Source: Octopus bimaculoides
Taxonomy: Eukaryota
Direction: 5' to 3'
Assembly: GCF_001194135.2 (NCBI RefSeq)
Contig: NC_068982.1
Coordinates: 123,921,474-123,985,473, forward strand
DNA: 64,000 nucleotides
The first letter of the stretch is position 1. Every line of letters starts with the position of its first letter. Below the pieces are notes generated by a model, which made no database searches, had not been told where the DNA came from, and saw only the letters and a program-made list of their open reading frames with translations. Positions 39,864-50,909 of this stretch are shown here, piece by piece. The position numbers and the translations under genes are program-made.

Positions 39864-41274
39864 CACAGAGAGAGAGAATGATACAAATAAACAAATATAA
39901 CTGCTTGGCTTTGATATACAATATATATAAATACACATGTAAATAGAGAGAAAGTAAAGACTGAAAATTTTCAGACAAGTTTAAATATATAGATGTTTAT
40001 ATATTAAAAGAGCAAACTTACACAGAGTACAATGACACAGAAAAATAATGGGAAGAAGGTTACAAGTCCAACAGCTGTTTCTGGAGGCTCAGTTAGTTCA
40101 TAATGTTGGCAGATATAGTTCGCCAGAATAGCAACCAGTAATGGAAGTGAATAAACATTAGATAAATCCAGCTTCTGCCTTTGGGGTCGAGAGATAAAAA
40201 TTGGCAGATTTTTATCTGGTGGAGTCACCGGAAATGTCAGGCAGGATACTTTGCACTATTGGTGTTAGAATTTGGGGTTCCAATTCTACCGTAGCCTACT
40301 TCAATGGAAGGTTTAATCTATGTCTCATTAATCGTTACCTACTCCTTTAATATCTGCTGTAAACATTTAGGCCAGGTTTTCAGCTTGAGGATACACTCCA
40401 CTCACCTCCTTTTCACCAGTCTTGGACACTTTTTAAAAGGTTATACAATCAATAGCCTCAAATAACAAATTTCCAAGAATATGTGACTATGTTTGTGTTT
40501 GTAAGTATTTGTATTTTTTTTTATGAATTGATCACTCTATATATCTATTTGTCTGAAAACCTGTCTGTCTTTAGTAAATAGTTGATTTATTTTGGATCAG
40601 AATAATTACCATAATTAAAATTAAGCTAAGGGAAATAACTCAGATAGGCTAATAGCATGAATATGGATAGTATATAACTTTTTTTCTGTATGTAAAAATC
40701 TATCCACTGATCTGTATGCTTGATTAGATAATACTAAGCTCATGAAGTCTTATAGACAGAAACATGATCATAGTTGTCCCTTGCCTGCTAACAAAAATCA
40801 GGCTGCCCTTTCCTTAAACATGTAAATCAACAAGAGAAATTAATACTTAATTTCTTGAAATTATCTCCCCTTCTCTTGGTGAATTTCTAACAATTGCCAC
40901 TAGGTTTTTGATGTCTTTCTACAACTTAAAAATTTCTATAAATTAAGAATTTTTTGTGTGGAATTCAAAACAGATCACCCTTCAACTTCACTACTACCAT
41001 CACCATTTCACATCTATTTTCCATGCTAGCATGGGTTAGACAGTTCATCAGAAGCTGGCACACCACTGGACTACAGCAAGCTCCACAGTCTGCTTTGACA
41101 TAGTTTCTTTGACTAAATGCCCTTCCTAGTGCCAACTACTTTACACAGTGTGTTGGGTACTTTTTATGTGACACCAGTACAGCACCAATGAGGTTATCAG
41201 TAATGCTCCAAATTCAGTCCATAGATTTATTTGTCTTGTTTCCCTTTTTATTCTTGTTATATGTATGTGTATAA

Positions 41275-41490
41275 GGTGGCGAGCTGGCAGAACCATTAGC
41301 ACGCCAGGCAAAATGCTGAACAGCATTTTGTCCATTTGAACGTTTTGAGTTCAAATTCTGCCGATGTCAACTTCACCTTTCATCATTTCAAGGTTGATAA
41401 AATAAGTACCAGTTGAGTACTAGGGTCGATGTAATTGACTATACCTCACCCCCAAATTTCAGGCCTTGTGCCAATAGTAGAAAGGATTAT
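41275..41490 (+). mobile_element. Second tRNA-derived SINE family (Meta-domain-like core); further copies at 20750-20940(-), 49726-49930(+), 54235-54455(-), 63285-63460(+)
   Basis: GGCGAGCTGGCAGAA head, GAGTTCAAATT B-box, core cctttcatc.tttc..ggttgataaaataagtaccag. Confidence 0.8.
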
Positions 41491-43269
41491 GTGTATGTGT
41501 GTGTTTGCACATGTATGTCTGTATGTTCATATATGTATTTCCTAATTAAATTGATATTGTTTGTTTTAATGAGTCACTTCCCAGTTGTGACAAGGTTATA
41601 AAAAGAAAGCAAACATAACAGAGAGAAAGAGAAAGGGCAGAAATATTCTGTGTTCTAGAACACATTCTATAACCATTCGTACTTTGAATTTTAAAAAAAG
41701 TTGTTTTTTTTTAACTGACACTGATTTGAAAGTCTTACACTTGTGCTCTCAAAGCACAGTTTACCAAGTAAACATTGAGACAAGCTGCTATTCAACCTGT
41801 TATTACTCCAATAGTTATTAGTATAAGCTTGAACCAGAATTGTAGAATTTACATACATGACCCATCTTTACATTGTATTTATCTGACAACATCAACTTCA
41901 AGTAGAGAACTAATTTACCATCAGAACAATATATTTTCTAGGATAACAATATCAGGTAGGATATACTTTAATTTTATATTATTTTACTTTTTTCTATGCT
42001 TTTAGATTTCTTCCATATTCTCATGAGTCATCAGTTCATTTGCATCAATCTTTTTAGTTACCATTTACTTCTTTTTCCTGATAATATTTTTATTATATGT
42101 TTGTCTTACAACCATATGATGCTTCACTGAGAGATATTTCAAAAGCTATCTCTCATAGTTTTGAATCATGAAGCTAAGTGTTCTCAATTTTTAAGTTATT
42201 CATATATGTCTTGCCTGTATCTCCTCTACAGTAAAACACCTGTTCCTGTCCTTCTTTCCTAGTTAATCCTCAACACCTGGCACAATTCCACCTCCCTCAA
42301 CACTCTGCCCCAACTCTGTGAAGGGCCTTGTCTTGTCTTGTGAGTTACTTGGTGACTCTACTCATGCTGTAGCCACATAAAAAGTAAAGTGGCTGGCATT
42401 GGAAATGGTATCCAGCCATAGAAATCTTGACAAAGCAGTCACTGGAGACCAACACAGTCCTTTGGGTAGTCAGGTCTTATTGAAGCATCCAACTCATTTC
42501 AGTATTGAAGACAGACATTAATTGACAATAATGATGATGATGATGCTGATGTAAATACATTTGTGTGTGTGTGTGTGTGTAAAGATAAGTGTAGAACAGA
42601 ATTTTTGCTTCCCAATCATGAGAACCTGAGTTTGACTCCATTATATGCCATCTTGAGGATATATCTTTTATAATATACTTTGATTAAACCAAGTCTTGTG
42701 AATATAGTTGGGTTGACAAACTTCATTGAAGCCCATTCAATGGATTTTACTTTACATTTAAAGGTCCAGCTATATCGTACTGATTCTGCCTGAGTATCAC
42801 ATAAAGAGTACATGTATCTGTGGAATACTCAACCACACAAACTGTACAAAATTTACTAGAAGCACAGTCTATCTTAAATTCTTCTGAAAATCTTTCTCTG
42901 TAAAGAATTAAGTTCTACAGTATTGACTACAGTAGAACTTGTGAAACACTGCTTGCAATGACAATGTAATCAAGAGAAAGACTCCAGGCTATCATCCAGC
43001 CTGGCAAACATTCTCAGTAAGAGAGCTACTTGGTACAACTGAGGTTGGATCTGCCTATATTTTGGTGACCTTAGAAGTAGTCTCAGGAGAACACATTGCT
43101 CTAAGCGTTACCATCTTCATCATTCAAAATAGCATCTACAAACTCATAGTTTATATGTATGTATTATGTTCTTTTCTATTTTTAATTATTTGAAGTATCT
43201 GTAAAGAAGGTGCTAGTTTCTAATAATGACACAAAGCTCCATCATCAGAATCCTGATAACAAAAACAAT

Positions 43270-44480
43270 GTCACATTTTGAACTTTACTGTACTGTTTAC
43301 AGATTGTATTTGGCTGATTTCTTCTAAAAACCCTTGTTTTTCCAGATTGCCACTCTAGCATATTTTAACAAAACCAAGTGCTCTAGTCATTATTAGTATA
43401 AATGTGAATTTATAATCTAAATATAGAAGCAGGAAGTTTCAAAGTAGTTGTCCATAGTTATCCTCTTTCTCTTTGATTTTTGAATAGATATTCACATCAG
43501 CGTGGCAGCTGACCTCTATGATGGTACATACTTTTTCTTGTTTGTCTCATACAACAATATCTGGCCTGTTATGTTTGCAGTTGGTAGAAGTTTTGATGGG
43601 AACATTCCATCAATATTCTTTGTGCCAATATTCATATAACAGTGGGGTTATTGCAGGTCGGTCATTTTTGGGCTGGCATTGCATATTGTTTTCGTGACAA
43701 TGTTATATCACATTGGAAAGTAATTAGTACCTTGATGACATTTTGTGCAGCTGCTAATCACTTGTGATGTCTTCCACAGACACGTGACATAAATGATATT
43801 TTCAGTTGCGTCTTTAGACTCCAAGGGTTTCACTGTCTTCTTTGCTAATAAGGTACTTTGTAACAATCTCTTGGCCTTGGATTGCAAATGCACAACCTTC
43901 AAAATGTGATGTGATGTAACAGTTACAAGTTCAAGAAAAAGCTTTACTTCATATCAATATTAGAGCCATCTTCAAATTTTTGGGAAACATACCCATGCAT
44001 AATCTTTTCTTTCTTTTTTTTTTTTTTTGATAGGCTGAATGCTTCATATTCAGGTCTTTTTTTATGTATTTTAATCCAGCTGTTTGGGGGTTGTATGGGG
44101 GGTTGTCAGGAAGAGAGTACTTCCTGAGGAGCTCACTACCAACATGTAAGATGTTCTCTTCACTTTTCAGCTCTAAGTTTATGCATTTATTTTTCCTGCT
44201 ATTGTTTAGCAGATCCTGTCTGAGAGATACTATATGACATTTGAGGGCTATTTGCACTGATCTCAAGCTTTTACTTCCTTCATCTCTTCTTTGGTGAATC
44301 CTGTCTATATCACTGTATCTATGGAAGTTTCCAGTTGATGTCAAGCTCTTGCAGGTTTTAGTGTTTATGGAGTGAATTTCCTCTACAGAAAGTCAAGTGT
44401 TCCAAATGTTGGAATCAGAACTGGTATTGCAAATGAATTGTGGAATATTGTCTTCTTGTAAGAAGAGTGTTGTGGCTATG
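43270..44480 (-). mobile_element. R4/Dong-type retrotransposon C-terminal fragment (thumb, CCHC region, PD-type RLE)
   Basis: NSFAIPVLIPTFG, GNFHRYSDIDRI..RRDEG.K.LRS, EDIT.VISSC.KMSSRY, CKHNRPDIVV*DKQEKVCTIIEVSC.ADVN..KIKEKEDNY. Confidence 0.85.
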
Positions 44481-45302
44481 AATATGCTGTCTTACATAAT
44501 TAAATACTATGGACATAAAATAATTCTACATACAGCGCGCCATGCCATAAAACACAATTTTTGAGTTGTAAATGACTTTTCTGAAATAGTCCAATTATTT
44601 TGAAATCTTGTTAACAGAGCTGGAAATTTTGAATTATACCCAAAAATGTAAAATATAATTCCATAATTACAAGACTAAATATTAGGGATATATTTTAATA
44701 TTACAAACAATATAATATATATATACACATGCTTGGAACAGGTGTGGCTCAGTTCCCACTTGTTTCAAAGTCAGCAAGATGCTCTTTCTGCTGACTCCCA
44801 CAGCCAAACCAATGAGCAACTGTCTTCCTATACTTTCCTGCCATTCTCAGATATATCAGCATCTTCCATACAAACTGCACCAAGAAACCCACTAAAGCCA
44901 ACCTCATTACATATATATATATATAATATTTTACTTTATATATATACTTTCTAGGCCATAAATGTGTTCTACTCTTTATTTTATGTTTGTCTAAGTCTCC
45001 CATTCAGCTGGAGTTAGGTGAAACAATTGAACAACTGCTGTACTGAAGATGCCTTCACTTAGACAATTAGACTATCTTTTCTTTTGGGGCATGTCAGTTT
45101 TGGATGATTGATTCTTCAGATTATCTCCCCTTCTAATCTAGAGTTGGTCCTCATTACCACTTAGCAATTGTTCTATCATCTTAGGAAGCATAGACAATTT
45201 CAGTAAATCAAGAACTTATATTGTATGATATTTAATATGCCATCATTTGTTTATGTACTACTTGCTACCCTCAGATATTTACCTTAGCTCATTCATTTAT
45301 AT

Positions 45303-45359
45303 NNNNNNNNNNNNNNNNNNNNNNNNNNNNNNNNNNNNNNNNNNNNNNNNNNNNNNNNN
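45303..45359. other. Assembly gap (57 N)
   Basis: Run of N. Confidence 1.
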
Positions 45360-45628
45360 GTCCACAAAGTCTGGGTACATGGGGATTAACACATACTTTA
45401 AGAAATTATTATTTCTTATATTTAATTGTTTATGTTATGACTTTATTCACTCCACGTACTCACATGGGGATTAATATAACGGACTGCTAGATATAAAGGT
45501 CTGCTCCTAACTAAGAATTTGTCTTGTAATTATCTCACCTGGATGAGAGCATCAGTGGTATCCTTTCCTGGCACAAATCCAAAACTAAATCTTTTCTTGA
45601 TGATTTATATACACATTTACACACGCAC

Positions 45629-45662
<34 letters not shown>

Positions 45663-46463
45663 CATCACCACCACCATCACCATCATCATCACCATCACCA
45701 CCATCATCATCATCATTTCACACTCATTTTACACTCATTTTTCAAGCTAGCGTGAGTTAGGAGGGTCATAGCTGTTCTCCTGAGAAGTTTGGAGGACAAC
45801 ATCTCAGTCATAGTTTTAATTTTGGGGCTTGGGTTCTGCAACTAGATGTCCTTCCTAACATCAACCACTTTACAGAGTGCAGTAGGTTCGTCATCTGATG
45901 AAGATTATTTTATTTAGTTTATTGAAGCTCAGCAAGCCATGTTAATAAGCAAAAACAATGATGAAAAGATAAAAGGCAATATTGATTTAGGTAAAATTAC
46001 AAGAATCATTATACCAAGATCTAATGTTTGTATGGTTACTACCATACTTGATGGTATAAAAGACTTACAGGTATATTAGAAATAACTAAATTTCAACAGA
46101 GCATATTTAGGGGTAAAATGTTATTTAGTGCGTTAAAGCTTAAGGAAAGCCCAGCTTCATATATATCACCAAGATAATTTTTGAGACATTTTTATGAAAA
46201 AAAGATTGTCTTATATGTCATCACAAACAGTAATTTCTGTTAATATCTTTGTAGCCCTTAAGAAAATTGGCAGTATTTTATTCTCCTGATGTGGTGAAAA
46301 TGGAAGCAATTAAAATAATTTTTGATATTCTTTCACATTTCAACATTCCTAAGTTACATAATGGTAATTTTAGACCCATACAGAAAATCATGTTACCATT
46401 TGGTGCTACTTTGCAAAATACACTGAGTTGGCTTAACAAACAAATGATATTTTAACACTTTTG

Positions 46464-47892
46464 TCAGGTGTGGAAGCAAGGTCTAGAATTGAAGGGCCTT
46501 AGAGTCAACCTAGCTAAAACCAAAATCCTAATAAGTAGGAAGGTAGATAAAACACAAACCCCTTCAGGTAGATGGCCCTGCTCAGTATGTAGAAAAGGAG
46601 TAGGTAGTAACTCTATAAGATGTACCCGGTGCAAGCTATGGACACATAAGAGGTGCAGCAACATCAAAGGCAGGTTAACTAGCAAGTTAGTTTTTGTTTG
46701 TGGCAGATGTTCAGGTGCAATAAAGACTGCAAACAAACAGGAAACAACTTCTATCTCATTCCAGGGTGAAAAACTAGAGGTAGTCGATAGCTTNNNNNNN
46801 NNNNNNNNNNNNNNNNNNNNNNNNNNNNNNNNNNNNNNNNNNNNNNNNNNNNNNNNNNNNNNNNNNNNNNNNNNNNNNNNNNNNNNNNNNNNNNNNNNNN
46901 NNNNNNNNNNNNNNNNNNNNNNNNNNNNNNNNNNNNNNNNNNNNNNNNNNNNNNNNNNNNNNNNNNNNNNNNNNNNNNNNNNNNNNNNNNNNNNNNNNNN
47001 NNNNNNNNNNNNNNNNNNNNNNNNNNNNNNNNNNNNNNNNNNNNNNNNNNNNNNNNNNNNNNNNNNNNNNNNNNNNNNNNNNNNNNNNNNNNNNNNNNNN
47101 NNNNNNNNNNNNNNNNNNNNNNNNNNNNNNNNNNNNNNNNNNNNNNNNNNNNNNNNNNNNNNNNNNNNNNNNNNNNNNNNNNNNNNNNNNNNNNNNNNNN
47201 NNNNNNNNNNNNNNNNNNNNNNNNNNNNNNNNNNNNNNNNNNNNNNNNNNNNNNNNNNNNNNNNNNNNNNNNNNNNNNNNNNNNNNNNNNNNNNNNNNNN
47301 NNNNNNNNNNNNNNNNNNNNNNNNNNNNNNNNNNNNNNNNNNNNNNNNNNNNNNNNNNNNNNNNNNNNNNNNNNNNNNNNNNNNNNNNNNNNNNNNNNNN
47401 NNNNNNNNNNNNNNNNNNNNNNNNNNNNNNNNNNNNNNNNNNNNNNNNNNNNNNNNNNNNNNNNNNNNNNNNNNNNNNNNNNNNNNNNNNNNNNNNNNNN
47501 NNNNNNNNNNNNNNNNNNNNNNNNNNNNNNNNNNNNNNNNNNNNNNNNNNNNNNNNNNNNNNNNNNNNNNNNNNNNNNNNNNNNNNNNNNNNNNNNNNNN
47601 NNNNNNNNNNNNNNNNNNNNNNNNNNNNNNNNNNNNNNNNNNNNNNNNNNNNNNNNNNNNNNNAAAAGACACCATTTCGAGCGTGGCCGTTTTCGTGCGG
47701 GTGACACGTAAAAGCACCCACTACACTCTCTGAGTGGTTGGCGTTAGGAAGGGCATCCAGCTGTAGAAACTCTGCCAAATCAGACTGGAGCCTGGTGTTG
47801 CCATCCGGTTTCACCAGTCCTCAGTCAAATCGTCCAACCCATGCTAGCATGGAAAGCGGACGTTAAACGATGATGATGATGATGATGATGAT
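46464..47892 (+). mobile_element. Young 5'-truncated RTE LINE copy spanning the gap
   Basis: Open frame WKQGLELKGLRVNLAKTK..WPCSVCRKGVG.NSI.CT.C..WTHKRCS..CGRC..LEVVDS before the gap; consensus-like 3' UTR and (GAT)n after it. Confidence 0.85.
46794..47663. other. Assembly gap (870 N) inside an RTE copy
   Basis: Run of N; the four long X-filled ORFs in the track are artefacts of it. Confidence 1.
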
Positions 47893-47899
47893 GTTACTA

Positions 47900-48072
47900 T
47901 ACCCCTGTTGATATCAATAAGTTTTGAAAATAAGGAAGAATTTAGTAAAATAAAACTGTCATTATTAAACTGGTACTAAGAACTTAAATCAACAAAGAAT
48001 TTAGATGATTTTAAAACAGGAATTTGTATCATAGAACAAGGGTCAGTCTCTGGCAGGTTAGTATCAAAAAGC
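47900..48072 (+). repeat. Interspersed AT-rich MITE-like repeat; second copy at ~60893-61100
   Basis: Shared gaatttagtaaaataa..tgtc.ttattaa.ctg...caggaa.tttgta.catag...ggtt.gtat.aaaa. Confidence 0.6.
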
Positions 48073-48402
48073 ATACTTTTGAATTAATTCATTTGCTATC
48101 TTCTCTACAAAATATATTTATATTTCCAATGAAGATTATATGGATTTAGTTTGATCTTCAGCTTTGTTTACAAAAGTTTAAGTTCTGGCAATGCTAAAAA
48201 AAAAATATTCAGGCCAAAAGTTTATATTGTGCATGGCTGTTGTCTTAATCAATACTATTGTATTGTCATGTATTGATAAAAGGCTTCTGTATATAAAGCA
48301 GTGTAAATGCTGGACGAGATATCCCTAAGGCAACTGTATTTATAAAAGAAACAGAAATTGTATTTACAAAAGAAGCAAACTTCTCCTCTTTGTGGATTCT
48401 AA

Positions 48403-48827
48403 CAGGGTTGGATTAAGATCCACAGAAGCTCTAAGCACTTAAAAGATTTTGGTACCCCTATATATATATGTAATTCAAAATAATAAACCATAAAAATGAA
48501 TTTTTGTTTTTTAAAATGAAACAAAACTGATAGTAAAACAGAAAATAATGTTTATTTTTGTATATTTCCACTTTATTTATATTCAAAAAGTTTTCACCTA
48601 TTTTCTTTAATAGCGAAGTCTTTGATCAGATCCTCAAAATTAATCTTAAGTAACACATCTACTTCTATACTTAGTAGAGATAAGGTATCCCCAATATTAT
48701 TTTAGCAAGTTTAAAGTAATTTCTTTTGTGCTGTAAACCATTTACTATATCTGTGATGCCACCCCACTCCACTTCCCTTGCTGCCTTAAGCACGTGCTTA
48801 TTTTGCTTAATGGTTAATCCAGTGCTG
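48403..48827 (-). mobile_element. Non-autonomous hAT element (425 bp) retaining the transposase C-terminal dimerisation segment
   Basis: TIRs CAGGGTTGGATTAAG / CAGCACTGGATTAAC; 8-bp TSD GATTCTAA (48395-48402) / GATTCCAA (48828-48835); peptide LSLLSIEVDVLLKINFEDLIKDFAIKENR. Confidence 0.85.
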
Positions 48828-50502
48828 GATTCCAATGACTGAGGTTAAGTCCTCCTGATTTTTCAGCATCATGAAGGAGACTACATTTACTTTCACGATT
48901 AACTGGTTGGTGTATTTTCACATATGTACCAGAGCTATGGGAAATACCAGATTTGATGGGGTAAAAGATGTACCACAATTTCAGTAGTGCATATTTGGAG
49001 GAAACAATTAGTACATTAAAGTTTACAGGAGCCCAGTTTCAAATATACGACTCAAGGTGGTTTTTTGAGACACATTTTTTTAAAAAAACGAAGTGCATTT
49101 TATATGCAATCAGATACAGTAACAATGCATTTAGTTTTTTCAGTTTCTTCCTACCTAGGTTGAGGTAGAGTAGAGTTCAGGCTGCAGTAGTGTATATATG
49201 TTGAGTTCCCTGGATTTGTAAACAATGAAGGTACTCTTTTGTTTATTGTTGAAAAGTGGAAAAAATTGGTTTGGTATGAAGAAGAGGAAAAGTCTAAAAT
49301 TTCAGGCAGTAACTTTCATTGAAGAAATATTTTCTGATAATACTCAAAGAATAGATTGGGAGTAGTAAGAGAAAGTGAGAGGGAGAGAATGAGGTAGAAT
49401 GAAGGAAAGAGAGGAGAGAAACTAGTGAAGAATAAAGATGTAGGAAGTGGCAATGTGAAACATGTGTTGGTAGGAGGAGGGCAGTCAAATTGGGGAGATA
49501 GTCAACAGGAAGGTTAGCAAATTTGATAAATTAGGAGAAGAGCGGTGGGTATGGAAATCAGAAGAAGGGAAGACAACTAGGAGATAATAAAGAATGCTTA
49601 CTAAATAGAAAAAGAAGCAGGAAGGGAGGTGAAGAGAATCAAAAATATAATGGAGTCTGCCAAACTGCAAACATATTAAAGTATTGTTTGCTGCATTGCT
49701 ATTATTAAGATCAAGGAAGACAGTGAGCTAGCGGAATTGTTAGCATACCGGGCAGAATGCTTAGTAGCATTTTGTCTATCTTTGCTTTCTGAGTTCAAAT
49801 TTCACTGAGGTTAATTTTGCCTTCCATCCTTTTGAGGTTGATTAAATAAGTACCAGTGGAGAACCAGGGTCAATGTAATCAACTAGCACCTCTCCCAAAC
49901 TTGCTGGCCTTGTACAGAAATTTGAAACCATTATCAATATCATGGAAAAATCCAGAAATAAGCTCTGGACATTACACTCTAACTCTTTTTGTTCGGTACT
50001 AAATTACTGTACATTTCCTTTTTCTTACTTTTTTTTCCTTTTCCTTTTGTAAAATTGCAGCAGTTTCTGTGGGGAGTATAATAAGATATCACTTACATTC
50101 TGGAAGAACTATTTTAACCAATTGCAGTGGAATTGTATTAGGGACCAGGTATCAGTGATACAACGAATATTTTGATACCTCAAGAAATGAATAAAAAGTG
50201 AATTTAACAAGTTTTGTGTGTTTTTAGATGTTTAGAATGGCTCCTCCACTCTGTAATTTCTTCAGTTTCAGCATACAGTCTCAGACCAAGTCATTTGCCT
50301 GACAAGTACTACTCCAAATGATAAGATAAATGCTTTTAAATACTTGATGAGAAAATAAAATTAGTTTATCTAGAGGATTACAACAAGATCTGTTTCCATA
50401 AACGAAGCTAAACAACATAACTTCTTTTACAAAGGAGATTTATGTAATTTTGTTTTTGTATTTGGTTTTCAAGATTCTTCATCTGAACTCGTGTGTTGGG
50501 AT

Positions 50503-50909
50503 ATATTTTGTTGTGCCTTGGGAGGGTCATTATGCCAATAATAAACACAGTTACTGATTCCATTGCACTTCTTTATTTTCTTATTTGTCAATTAGTTAAC
50601 TGTTTATCCAATTAACTAATCAATTGCTTGATTAATCATTCAGTCAATTAATCAATCAGTTTAGTTTGTCAAAGTCCTTTTGTCGGCATTCACAACCTCA
50701 TTTATGACAGAGATGGAATAGAGAAGGTATGCCTTTGATGAGGTCATGAATGGCACTAAAAAACTTTGATATACTTGATTGATTGAGCAAATAATTAATC
50801 AAGCAATTCATTAGTCAATTGGTTAAATAGTTAACATATAAAAAAAGTGCAATGGAACTAGTGCATGCATTTATTATTGTCATAATAACCCTCCCTAGAT
50901 GCAAAATAT
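50503..50909. mobile_element. Foldback MITE-like element (~175-200 bp diverged arms, ~36 bp spacer)
   Basis: 50503-50701 is the diverged reverse complement of 50738-50909 (GGGAGGGTCATTATG / CATAATAACCCTCCC; TTCCATTGCACTT / AAGTGCAATGGAA). Confidence 0.8.

Noticed and set aside
45519-45755. Poly-His ORF
   Set aside because: It is a (CA)n plus (CAC/CAT)n microsatellite with no splice or codon support.
46464-47814. Four 318-421 aa ORFs in the track
   Set aside because: They are artefacts of translating through 870 N; only the RTE frame before the gap is real.
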